Shown here in pieces: positions 56,513 to 64,000 of a DNA stretch of 64,000 bases. Every line of letters begins with the position of its first letter. The first letter of the stretch is position 1. This DNA comes from Actinomycetes bacterium (lineage in GTDB: Bacteria > Actinomycetota > Thermoleophilia > RBG-16-64-13): NCBI GenBank assembly GCA_024637095.1, contig JAGXFV010000009.1, forward strand, positions 7,549 through 71,548, written 5' to 3'. The translations under genes were made by a program, and so were the position numbers. The notes under the pieces were generated by a model. The model had not been told where the DNA came from and ran no database searches. It saw nothing but the letters and a program-made list of their open reading frames with translations.

Positions 56513-58237
56513 ATGGGGGTTTTCGGCTTCGAAATCCCCTTCGATTTCTTCATCCGCGTCCTGTCGGAGTGGGGCTACCTGATCGTGTTCACACTTGCCT
56601 TCCTGGAGACCTCGGCTTTCATCGGCCTGCTGGTTCCGGGCGAGACGACGGTACTGCTGGCCGGGGCGGCCGCCGCTGAGGGTTACCTGGACCCTTGGAC
56701 GCTAGGCGGGGTCGTGATATCGGCGGCGATTCTGGGCGATACCGCGGGTTACCTGCTGGGTCGTCACTTTGGCCGCGATTTCCTGCTGCGGCACCAGCGG
56801 TTGTTCCGCCTGAGCCGCGAGCGACTCGAACAGGCCGACCGCTACTTCGCGCGCCACGGGGGTAAGACCATCTTCGTGGGCCGGTGGGTGGGATTCCTGC
56901 GCTCTCTCGCCCCCTTCCTGGCCGGCTCTTCTCACATGCCCTACCCTCGGTTTCTCGTGTATGACGTGCTTGGGGCCGCCAGCTGGGGAGCTGTTCTGAC
57001 CCTGCTCGGCTACCTCGCCGGTCGGAGCTATCGCTTGGTGGAGCAATGGCTGGGGCGGATCAGTCTCTTTCTGGTCCTCTTCGTTCTCGCAGCCGGCCTC
57101 TTTTGGCTGCTCGGCCGCTACCTCTGGCGGCGCCGCGAGCTGCTGGGTGCACTGGCGGGCTCGGTCACCGACGGGGCTCTGGGCCACTCCGTGAGCCGGC
57201 GCACATACTCGAGATTCGGGCCGCAGATCGACTGGGTTCTTCGCCGCTTCTCGCCGCGGGAGGCGTACGGTCTCACCCTCACCCTGGGCCTCGCCGCAGC
57301 CGCACTTCTTGCCTGGAGCTTCAGTGTACTGACCGATGCCGTGCTCAGCCGCGGTCCCTTTGACATCCCCGACAGAAGGGTGGCCACCCTGCTTCATGAG
57401 CACGCCGTTCCCGAGCTCACCTCGGTGATGACCGTGCTGACCCAACTGGGGAGCGGCTGGCTGTTGATCCCGGTCTCGGTCGTCCTGGGCCTCGTGCTGA
57501 TCTATCGCGGGCGGCGCTATGAGGCGCTCATCCTCTTGACCACAGCACCGGGCGCCGCTCTCATCGCCCAAGGAATCAAACTGATAATTCACCGGGAACG
57601 TCCCGACTTCATCGAGCCTCTGGTGTCGGCCGAGGGTTACGCATTTCCCAGCGGTCACGCCACCAATGCCATGGCCTTCTATCTGGTGTTGGCCATCCTG
57701 CTCTCCGGCTGGGTGACCCGCTGGGAAACCCGGGTCTACGTGCTGCTCGGGGCGCTTGCCGCGACACTGCTGGTGGGCTTCAGCCGGCTCTATCTCGGAG
57801 TCCACTTCATCAGCGACGTGCTCGCGGGCTACGTCGTGGGGGCACTCTGGGCAACGCTCGCCATCACGGCCGCTACCGTGCTCGAGCGGGCTCGGGGGGG
57901 AGGCGGGGAGGATGAGCAATACCCCCAAGGGCATGTTACGATGGCGCCGCCTACCCGCTCCGCCGAAGCCGGGCAAGAGACCGCGAACACGACTGACAGA
58001 GAGGGAAATGTCTTGGCCGAGAGACGCGATCCTCAGCAGATGAGCGAGTCCGAGCTCCAGGAAGAGCTCTCGAGTCTCGAGGAAGAGCTGGAGGAGTTGG
58101 CGCACGAGCGGCAACTTACTCTGGGCGGCACGGGTGTGCACATCGGTGGCAAGGAGGTTGAGCGGCTGCGCTCCGAATTCGAACGCGAAGAGCGCCGGGT
58201 GCTCAGCCGGATCGAGGAGCTCCGCGGCGCACTGTAG
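56513..58237 (+). CDS. DedA/PAP2 fusion membrane protein with C-terminal coiled extension
   Basis: LET..FIGLLVPGE, GD..GY, GRWVGFLR (DedA); K....RERP, FPSGHA, SRLYLGVHFISDV (PAP2). Confidence 0.88.
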   Translation: MGVFGFEIPFDFFIRVLSEWGYLIVFTLAFLETSAFIGLLVPGETTVLLAGAAAAEGYLDPWTLGGVVISAAILGDTAGYLLGRHFGRDFLLRHQRLFRLSRERLEQADRYFARHGGKTIFVGRWVGFLRSLAPFLAGSSHMPYPRFLVYDVLGAASWGAVLTLLGYLAGRSYRLVEQWLGRISLFLVLFVLAAGLFWLLGRYLWRRRELLGALAGSVTDGALGHSVSRRTYSRFGPQIDWVLRRFSPREAYGLTLTLGLAAAALLAWSFSVLTDAVLSRGPFDIPDRRVATLLHEHAVPELTSVMTVLTQLGSGWLLIPVSVVLGLVLIYRGRRYEALILLTTAPGAALIAQGIKLIIHRERPDFIEPLVSAEGYAFPSGHATNAMAFYLVLAILLSGWVTRWETRVYVLLGALAATLLVGFSRLYLGVHFISDVLAGYVVGALWATLAITAATVLERARGGGGEDEQYPQGHVTMAPPTRSAEAGQETANTTDREGNVLAERRDPQQMSESELQEELSSLEEELEELAHERQLTLGGTGVHIGGKEVERLRSEFEREERRVLSRIEELRGAL

Positions 58238-58738
58238 CTAGCGCCGCCGCGCCTCGACGCCCAGCCGGGCGAGTTCCTCGAGCACCACTTCGGCGATTAC
58301 CGGCAGCCGCGCCTCGATGGCGGAGGTGACGCCTACTCGGGGCGTGCTGATGTCCTGGGGCTCCACTCCCACCACCACCATGCGCGCCTCATAGCCCAAC
58401 AGCTGCGCGTACTGCCAGGCGTCCACGATGCTGATGTTGTGCGCCGAAACTCTCAACTCGGCGCCCAGCGGGAGCTCCTCCGGGGTAAAGCGGTACACGT
58501 CTCCCGGGGTGCCTCCGCCGCGGACTGTGTCCACGACCACGATATCCTCGAACTCACGGAAGTGACCGACCATCCCCAGACCGGGCGTTCCCACGTCACG
58601 AAGGTATACCTGTTCGGGGAATTCCCACCTATCGAGCAAGAACTCCACCGTCGCCGGCCCAACGCCCTCGTCGGAGAGCAGGAGGTTCCCGACACCCAAG
58701 ACCGCGATGTGGGGGGAAGCCGAAGCCCCGGCGCTCAC
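58238..58738 (-). CDS. hydrogenase maturation protease (HyaD/HybD family)
   Basis: VLGVGNLLLSDEGVG, DVGT, VVVDTV, SAH. Confidence 0.9.
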   Translation of the reverse strand: MSAGASASPHIAVLGVGNLLLSDEGVGPATVEFLLDRWEFPEQVYLRDVGTPGLGMVGHFREFEDIVVVDTVRGGGTPGDVYRFTPEELPLGAELRVSAHNISIVDAWQYAQLLGYEARMVVVGVEPQDISTPRVGVTSAIEARLPVIAEVVLEELARLGVEARRR

Positions 58739-58801
58739 GGCCGCGCCCGCCTCTGTCCCGTCGGTCTCACCGGCGGCGCGGGCCGATTCGCCACCTAGGA
58801 C

Positions 58802-59602
58802 TCAAGAGTTTGTCCCGCGCTCCCGCGCCTTGCGCTCCCGGCGCAGGCGGCGGCGGTCCATCCCGCGGATCAGCAGGATTCCGAGTTCGTAGAGTGCGTA
58901 GAGCGGCGCCATCATCAGCAGCATGCTGAAAGGATCGCCCCCCGGGGTCAGGAGCATGCCCAGAATGGCGATGCCGAAGAGGGCGTACTTGCGGATGCGG
59001 CCCAGGATGACCGAGTTGACGAGGCCGGCCGAAGACAGCAGCAGCATCAGCGCGGGCATCTCGAAAACCACGCCAAAGGCCAGCAGAAACATGGTCACGA
59101 AGCTGATGTACTCGCTCGCCCGCAGTTGCTGTTGAAAGATGTCGCCGCCGTAGCCAACCAAGAAGGTCAGGGCGACCGGCAACACCACGAAGTAGCCGAA
59201 GGCGACTCCGGCCAAGAAGAGAATGGTGGTGAAGAGCGCGTACGGCACGATCGACTTGCGCTCTTTCTCGTAGAGGGCGGGCATCAGGAAGGCCCAGAAC
59301 TGCCAGGCAAGGATTGGTAGCGAGAGCAGGAAGCCCGCCACGATCGAGGTCTTGAAGGCGGTCATAAAGGGCTCTGAGGGGCTGAGGGTGACCAGATCCG
59401 CTTCGACCGGTGCCCGGTTCAACGGCTGCTTGACGATCTCGAAGACCGTTTCCTGAAAGACGAAGGCGAGGATCACGCCGATCACCAGAGCGGCGAGCGC
59501 GACGATCAAACGCTTGCGAAGCTCGGTCAGATGCTCGATCACGCTCATGCGTTGCTCTTCGGCCTGCACCAGTCCTCCGGTTTGGGTCTGGAAGTGGATC
59601 AC
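58802..59602 (-). CDS. tatC: twin-arginine translocase subunit TatC
   Basis: MSVIEHLTELRKRL, SPSEPF, W.FL.PALY..E, FEMP, TPGGDPFS; start uncertain. Confidence 0.93.
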   Translation of the reverse strand: MIHFQTQTGGLVQAEEQRMSVIEHLTELRKRLIVALAALVIGVILAFVFQETVFEIVKQPLNRAPVEADLVTLSPSEPFMTAFKTSIVAGFLLSLPILAWQFWAFLMPALYEKERKSIVPYALFTTILFLAGVAFGYFVVLPVALTFLVGYGGDIFQQQLRASEYISFVTMFLLAFGVVFEMPALMLLLSSAGLVNSVILGRIRKYALFGIAILGMLLTPGGDPFSMLLMMAPLYALYELGILLIRGMDRRRLRRERKARERGTNS

Positions 59603-59748
59603 GGGCGGTCCCAGCGTCGCAGGTTAGTATAAGCCAGGCGGCACCACCATGCCCCCAGGAACGGGTTTACGGCCGGCGCGGTTTTCTTCAGACGGTCCTC
59701 TTCCACGACAAAAGGCGCGAATAGCAGGATAAAGGGCCGTTTTCGAGC

Positions 59749-59813
59749 ATGTGAAGTCTGTTGCATCCTCGGAAGCGGTTTGCTATTGTGACGCGTCGTG
59801 AGACCGCTCACAA
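59749..59813 (+). promoter_or_regulatory. two Rex-like operators upstream of nuoA
   Basis: ATGTGAAGTCTGTTGCAT (59749-66) and TCGTGAGACCGCTCACAA (59796-813; 11 of 14 defined positions of TTGTGAA-N4-TTCACAA). Confidence 0.55.
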
Positions 59814-59846
59814 CAAACCCCAGCACCTGATCACGTAGGGGGATCA

Positions 59847-60215
59847 ATGGTAAATCCAACCGTCGATCTACTGATTCAGTTCGGGCTCATGGCGTTCATA
59901 GGGGCGGCGGTGGCGTTTGCGCTCATCACCATGTCCCACATGATGTCGCCCACGAGCAAGAACCCGAACAAGGCCATTTCGTATGAGTGCGGAGTCCTGC
60001 CTTGCGCCGAAGCCCGGGTGCCGTACAACGTCCACTTCTACCTGGTGGCCGTTCTCTTCGTGCTCTTTGACCTCGAGGCCGTCTTCCTCTATCCGTGGGC
60101 CGTGGCCTACCGGACCCTGGGAGTGGTGGGCCTGGTCGAGATGTTCATCTTCATCGGCATTCTCCTGGTCGGATATTTCTACGCCTGGAAGAAGGGAGTC
60201 CTCGATTGGGAATGA
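59847..60215 (+). CDS. nuoA: complex I subunit A
   Basis: [36 protein letters not shown]. Confidence 0.95.
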   Translation: MVNPTVDLLIQFGLMAFIGAAVAFALITMSHMMSPTSKNPNKAISYECGVLPCAEARVPYNVHFYLVAVLFVLFDLEAVFLYPWAVAYRTLGVVGLVEMFIFIGILLVGYFYAWKKGVLDWE

Positions 60216-60826
60216 CAAGCCCCCAGGACCCGCGACATCCCCACATCAACGGCGAAATGGTCCGGGAGGCCTCCGAACGGGAGGTGCGGATGCTTGCCGA
60301 AGGCAACGTGGATCGGCCGGAGGAGCATGTTCCCGGCGTCGCCATTCCCGCTCAACTCGAGAAACTGCTCGGCTTTGGCCGCAGCTTTTCCTGGTGGCCT
60401 CTGCTTTTCGGCCTTGCCTGTTGCGCCATTGAGATGATGGCCACCGCGGGCCCGCGTTATGACATGTCCCGCTTCGGCATGGAGGCGATGCGCGCCTCAC
60501 CCCGGCAGGCGGACGGCATGATCGTGGCCGGATGGTGCTCGATCAAGATGGCCCCCCGCGTGGTTCGTCTCTACGAGCAGATCCCCGACCCCAAGTGGGT
60601 GCTGGCGATGGGGTCCTGCGCCATCTCCGGCAATGTCTGGGACACCTACAACGTGGTTCAAGGCATCGACAGCCTGATCCCCGTCGATGTCTACGTTCCC
60701 GGCTGCCCCCCGCGCCCCGAGGCTCTCTGGCAGGGCCTGGAGATGCTGCGCGACAAGGTCAAGCAGAGCGACCACGCCTACGACAGAGTACGGGTCATCC
60801 CCGCCCGCGCCGCCATCGGTGAGTAG
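60212..60826 (+). CDS. nuoB: complex I subunit B
   Basis: [33 protein letters not shown]. Confidence 0.95.
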   Translation: MTSPQDPRHPHINGEMVREASEREVRMLAEGNVDRPEEHVPGVAIPAQLEKLLGFGRSFSWWPLLFGLACCAIEMMATAGPRYDMSRFGMEAMRASPRQADGMIVAGWCSIKMAPRVVRLYEQIPDPKWVLAMGSCAISGNVWDTYNVVQGIDSLIPVDVYVPGCPPRPEALWQGLEMLRDKVKQSDHAYDRVRVIPARAAIGE

Positions 60827-60863
60827 CGCGTTGGGCGAGGAAGGCTCGTTGGAGAGGGGAGGC

Positions 60864-61388
60864 ATGGATTCCACAGTTGAGCAGATAAGCGATGCGCTCA
60901 AGTCCGTCTTCGGCAAGCTCGAGGAGAAGTTCGGCGCCCGATTGCTGGGCAGCAGCGTCTTCCGCGGGGAATTGACCTTTCTGGTAGCCCCGGAGGATTT
61001 GGTCGAGGTGGCCACCTATTGCAAGGCACCGGAGGGCCTGGGTTTCGACCGGCTGGAGTTCCTGACCGGCAACCACTACCCGGAGCGGATCGAGCAGCCA
61101 TTCGAGGTCGCCGTCCAACTGACCTCGATGGCCACCAACGATCGGCTCCGTCTCAAGGTACCGCTCAAAGAGGGCCAGAAGATGCCGACCCTGAGCTCCC
61201 TATGGCCTGCGGCCAACTGGTGCGAGCGCGAGACCTGGGAGATGTACGGGATCGAGTTCGAAGGGCATCCAAACCTCATTCGCCTCCTGACGGACGCGGA
61301 TTTTGAGGGTCACCCGTTGCGCAAGGACTTCCCGGTGCGGGGTCTGGTGGGCGGACGGATCAGAACCGACCTGAAAGGAAAGATCTGA
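60864..61388 (+). CDS. nuoC: complex I subunit C
   Basis: ANWCERETWEMYGIEFEGHP, GHPLRKDFP. Confidence 0.93.
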   Translation: MDSTVEQISDALKSVFGKLEEKFGARLLGSSVFRGELTFLVAPEDLVEVATYCKAPEGLGFDRLEFLTGNHYPERIEQPFEVAVQLTSMATNDRLRLKVPLKEGQKMPTLSSLWPAANWCERETWEMYGIEFEGHPNLIRLLTDADFEGHPLRKDFPVRGLVGGRIRTDLKGKI

Positions 61389-62659
61389 TGGCCGGCCACG
61401 AGTCGCATCCCACGGCCCCTCCCAAGCCGCGGGCAACGCCGGAGGAGATGCGCGAGCGCAAAAGGCTTTCGCGCCAGCGGGTCTCCGACGACAGCGAGTT
61501 CATCACCGTGTCGATGGGCCCTCAGCACCCCTCGACGCACGGGGTGTATCAGGCGGTCGTCGACCTCGACGGCGAAATCGTGGTCAACACGAGGCCCAAC
61601 ATCGGCAACCTGCACCGCGGGGTGGAGAAACTCGCCGAGGTCAAGAGCTACCATCGCTTCCTGCCGCTGACCGACCGGCTGGACTACATCTCCTCCTTCG
61701 CCATGAACCACGCGTACGCCGAGGCCGTGGAGAAGCTGATGGACATCGAGGTCCCTCGGCGGGCGCGCTACATAAGGACCATCGGGGACGAGCTCTGCCG
61801 TCTGTCCAACCACCTTCTCTGGTTGGGCGTTCACGTCATGGACTTCGGCGCGCAGACCTTCTTCCTAATCTGCTTCCGCGACCGCGAGTACGTCATGGAT
61901 CTCTGGGAGATGCTTTGCGGTGCCCGGCTGACCCACAGCTACGCGCGCATCGGCGGGGTGGCCGCGGACCTGCCCGACGGATGGGTCGAGAAGTGTCGGG
62001 CGGCAATGGAGTTCATGCCGCGGCGACTGGCGGAGTATCAGCGGCTGGTCGAGAAGAATCGCATCTTCCTCAAGCGTACCGTGGGCATCGGGATCTTCAC
62101 CCGGGAAGACTGCGTGGCCTGGCGGGTCACCGGGCCCAGCCTGAGAGCGACGGGCATGGAGCGCGACCTGCGCAAGACCGAGCCCTACGCCGCCTACGAT
62201 GAAGTGGACTTCGACGTGGCGGTCGAGTACGACGCCGACGTCTACTCGCGCTACCTGGTCCGGATGAAGGAGATGTACGAGTCCTGCCGGATCATCCTCC
62301 AGTGCCTCGATCAGCTCCCCGAAGGCGACTACATCAACCAGGATGCGCCTTCGCAGACCTTTCCCCGCAAGAAGCAGGTCATGCGCGACTCTGCGGCCAT
62401 GGTCCAAGACTTCATGCAGACCTTCCGCGGACCCAAGGTGCCGAAAGGCGAGGTGTACAAGGCCATCGAGGTGCCGAAAGGCGAGATGGGCGTCTACATC
62501 GTGTCCGACGGCAGTTCCATTCCTCAGCGGCTGCACCTGGTGACGCCCACCTTCTATCACTGCCAAGCAACGCCCGCGTTATTCGAGGGCGAGATGATCT
62601 CCGACGTGGTCGGCATCTTCGGGAGTGTAGACATCGTACTGGGGGACAGCGACCGATGA
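61388..62659 (+). CDS. nuoD: complex I subunit D
   Basis: MGPQHPSTHG, LHRGVEKL, DRLDY, EVPKGE, SVDIVLGDSDR; no NiFe CXXC motifs. Confidence 0.95.
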   Translation: MAGHESHPTAPPKPRATPEEMRERKRLSRQRVSDDSEFITVSMGPQHPSTHGVYQAVVDLDGEIVVNTRPNIGNLHRGVEKLAEVKSYHRFLPLTDRLDYISSFAMNHAYAEAVEKLMDIEVPRRARYIRTIGDELCRLSNHLLWLGVHVMDFGAQTFFLICFRDREYVMDLWEMLCGARLTHSYARIGGVAADLPDGWVEKCRAAMEFMPRRLAEYQRLVEKNRIFLKRTVGIGIFTREDCVAWRVTGPSLRATGMERDLRKTEPYAAYDEVDFDVAVEYDADVYSRYLVRMKEMYESCRIILQCLDQLPEGDYINQDAPSQTFPRKKQVMRDSAAMVQDFMQTFRGPKVPKGEVYKAIEVPKGEMGVYIVSDGSSIPQRLHLVTPTFYHCQATPALFEGEMISDVVGIFGSVDIVLGDSDR

Positions 62660-63660
62660 CGGAATTCATCATCCTGATAATCAAGCTGGTCCTCATCATC
62701 GCCGTTGCGGTGGGGATGGTTCCCTTCCTGATCTTCTTCGAGCGCAAGTTCGCCGGGTTCTTTCAGAGCCGCATGGGCCCCACCTACGCCGGTCCCTGGG
62801 GCAGTCTGCAGTCGTTCGGCGACATGGCGAAACTCATGTCAAAAGAGGACCTGGTTCCCGCCGCGGCGGACGGCCCGGTGTTCCGCATAGCTCCCTACAT
62901 ACTCTTCGTTCCCGCCTTCGTCAGCATGACTCTGATTCCCTTCGGTCCCATGGACGTGGACATCTTCGGCTACAACGTGGACCTGGTGGTCTCCAGCTTC
63001 GACGCCGGGGTCATCATGTTCCTTGCCCTGGGGTCGCTCGCGGTCTACGGGCCGGTCCTTGGGGGCTGGGCCTCCAACAACAACTGGGCGCTCCTTGGTG
63101 CGCTGCGCTCGGGCGCGCAGATGGTCAGCTACGAGATCTCCATGGGCCTTGCGGTTGTCGGAGTGATCGTCATGGCCAACACTCTGAACTTCGTCGACAT
63201 CGTCGACGCTCAGGCCGGCGGTTTTTGGAATTGGTTCTTCATACCTCAGCTCGTCGGCTTCGTCATCTTCTTCGTAGCCTCGATCGCGGAACTCAACCGG
63301 GATCCCTTCAACCTGGCCGAAGCGGAGCAGGAACTCGTCGCCGGCTACATGACCGAGTACTCGGGCATGCGGTGGGGGATTTTCATGTTCGGCGAGTACG
63401 TCAACATGGTGGTGATGTCCGCCGTCATCTCCACGATCTTTCTGGGTGGCTGGAGAGCGCCTTTCGAGTTTCTCGACGTTATCCCCGGGTTCATTTGGCT
63501 CGTGAGCAAGATGCTCTTCTTCATCTTCCTCTATATGTGGATACGCTGGACGTTGCCCCGTTACCGCTACAACCAGCTCATGGATATCGGCTGGAAGATC
63601 TTCCTGCCGCTGGCGATTGCCAACCTGGCCGTTACGGCCCTGATCATCTCAGTGGTGTAG
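62656..63660 (+). CDS. nuoH: complex I subunit H
   Basis: ERK...QSRMGP, KLMSKED, AQMVSYE, PFNLAEAEQELVAG.MTEYSG, PRYRY. Confidence 0.95.
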   Translation: MTEFIILIIKLVLIIAVAVGMVPFLIFFERKFAGFFQSRMGPTYAGPWGSLQSFGDMAKLMSKEDLVPAAADGPVFRIAPYILFVPAFVSMTLIPFGPMDVDIFGYNVDLVVSSFDAGVIMFLALGSLAVYGPVLGGWASNNNWALLGALRSGAQMVSYEISMGLAVVGVIVMANTLNFVDIVDAQAGGFWNWFFIPQLVGFVIFFVASIAELNRDPFNLAEAEQELVAGYMTEYSGMRWGIFMFGEYVNMVVMSAVISTIFLGGWRAPFEFLDVIPGFIWLVSKMLFFIFLYMWIRWTLPRYRYNQLMDIGWKIFLPLAIANLAVTALIISVV

Positions 63661-63664
63661 CCCT

Positions 63665-64000
63665 ATGGGATTGAAAGACATACTAAAGAGTTCGACCTTC
63701 TACGAGATCCTGCAGGGGATGTCGGTGACCGGCTCCTACTTTGTGGGGGAGAAGGTCACCGTTGAATACCCCAAGGAGCAGATCCCGCCATTTGAGCGGT
63801 TTCGCGGAGTGCAGTGCCTGATCAGCGATCCGGAAACCGGCGAGCTCAACTGCGACGCCTGCCACATCTGCGCCACCATCTGCCCCTCCAACTGCATCTT
63901 CATCGAGAGCTCTGAGGGGCCGGACGGAGCTAAGCAGCTCGACTCCTTCGTCATCGATCTGACCCGCTGCATCTTCTGCGGGTTCTGCGAAGAGGCCTGC
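63665..64000 (+). CDS. nuoI: complex I subunit I (3' truncated by window)
   Basis: Not in ORF track; translated by hand: VTVEYPKE...RFRG...CDACHICATICPSNCI...RCIFCGFCEEAC. Confidence 0.92.
   Translation, partial: MGLKDILKSSTFYEILQGMSVTGSYFVGEKVTVEYPKEQIPPFERFRGVQCLISDPETGELNCDACHICATICPSNCIFIESSEGPDGAKQLDSFVIDLTRCIFCGFCEEAC

Noticed and set aside
60212-62659. Group 4 NiFe hydrogenase (suggested by the nearby maturation protease)
   Set aside because: NuoD has no CXXC NiFe ligands and NuoB has the complex I CC motif

Overview
High-GC (roughly two-thirds G+C by eye) bacterial chromosomal window, inferred to come from an anaerobic monoderm. An actinobacterium such as Thermoleophilia is plausible given the leaderless-type promoters, rex, futalosine genes and absence of porins. 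It is dominated by energy metabolism: heme biosynthesis (hemA-hemC-cobA/hemD-hemB-ahbD, hemL); a ten-gene porin-less multiheme cytochrome operon (two NapC/NrfH-like, two split CbcL-like c7+b modules, four surface multihemes; 75 CXXCH plus 2 CX4CH motifs by my count); a hemL-rex-futalosine menaquinone operon; hdrCBA-flxDCBA; and the start of a complex I-like operon with no nuoEFG between nuoD and nuoH. An accessory stretch at about 42-51 kb carries toxin-antitoxin pairs, hydrolases, a frameshifted AAC(3)-I homolog and SHOCT/cytochrome genes. It also holds a probable selenoprotein missed by the ORF track: a signal-less PhnD-like fold with an in-frame TGA in FI-U-GLPY and a SECIS-like hairpin. 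Other notable signals are a HemC that apparently needs a non-canonical ATC start, and Rex-like operators in front of the cytochrome, hemL-rex and nuo operons. All functional calls come from motif recognition by eye; no database searches were run.
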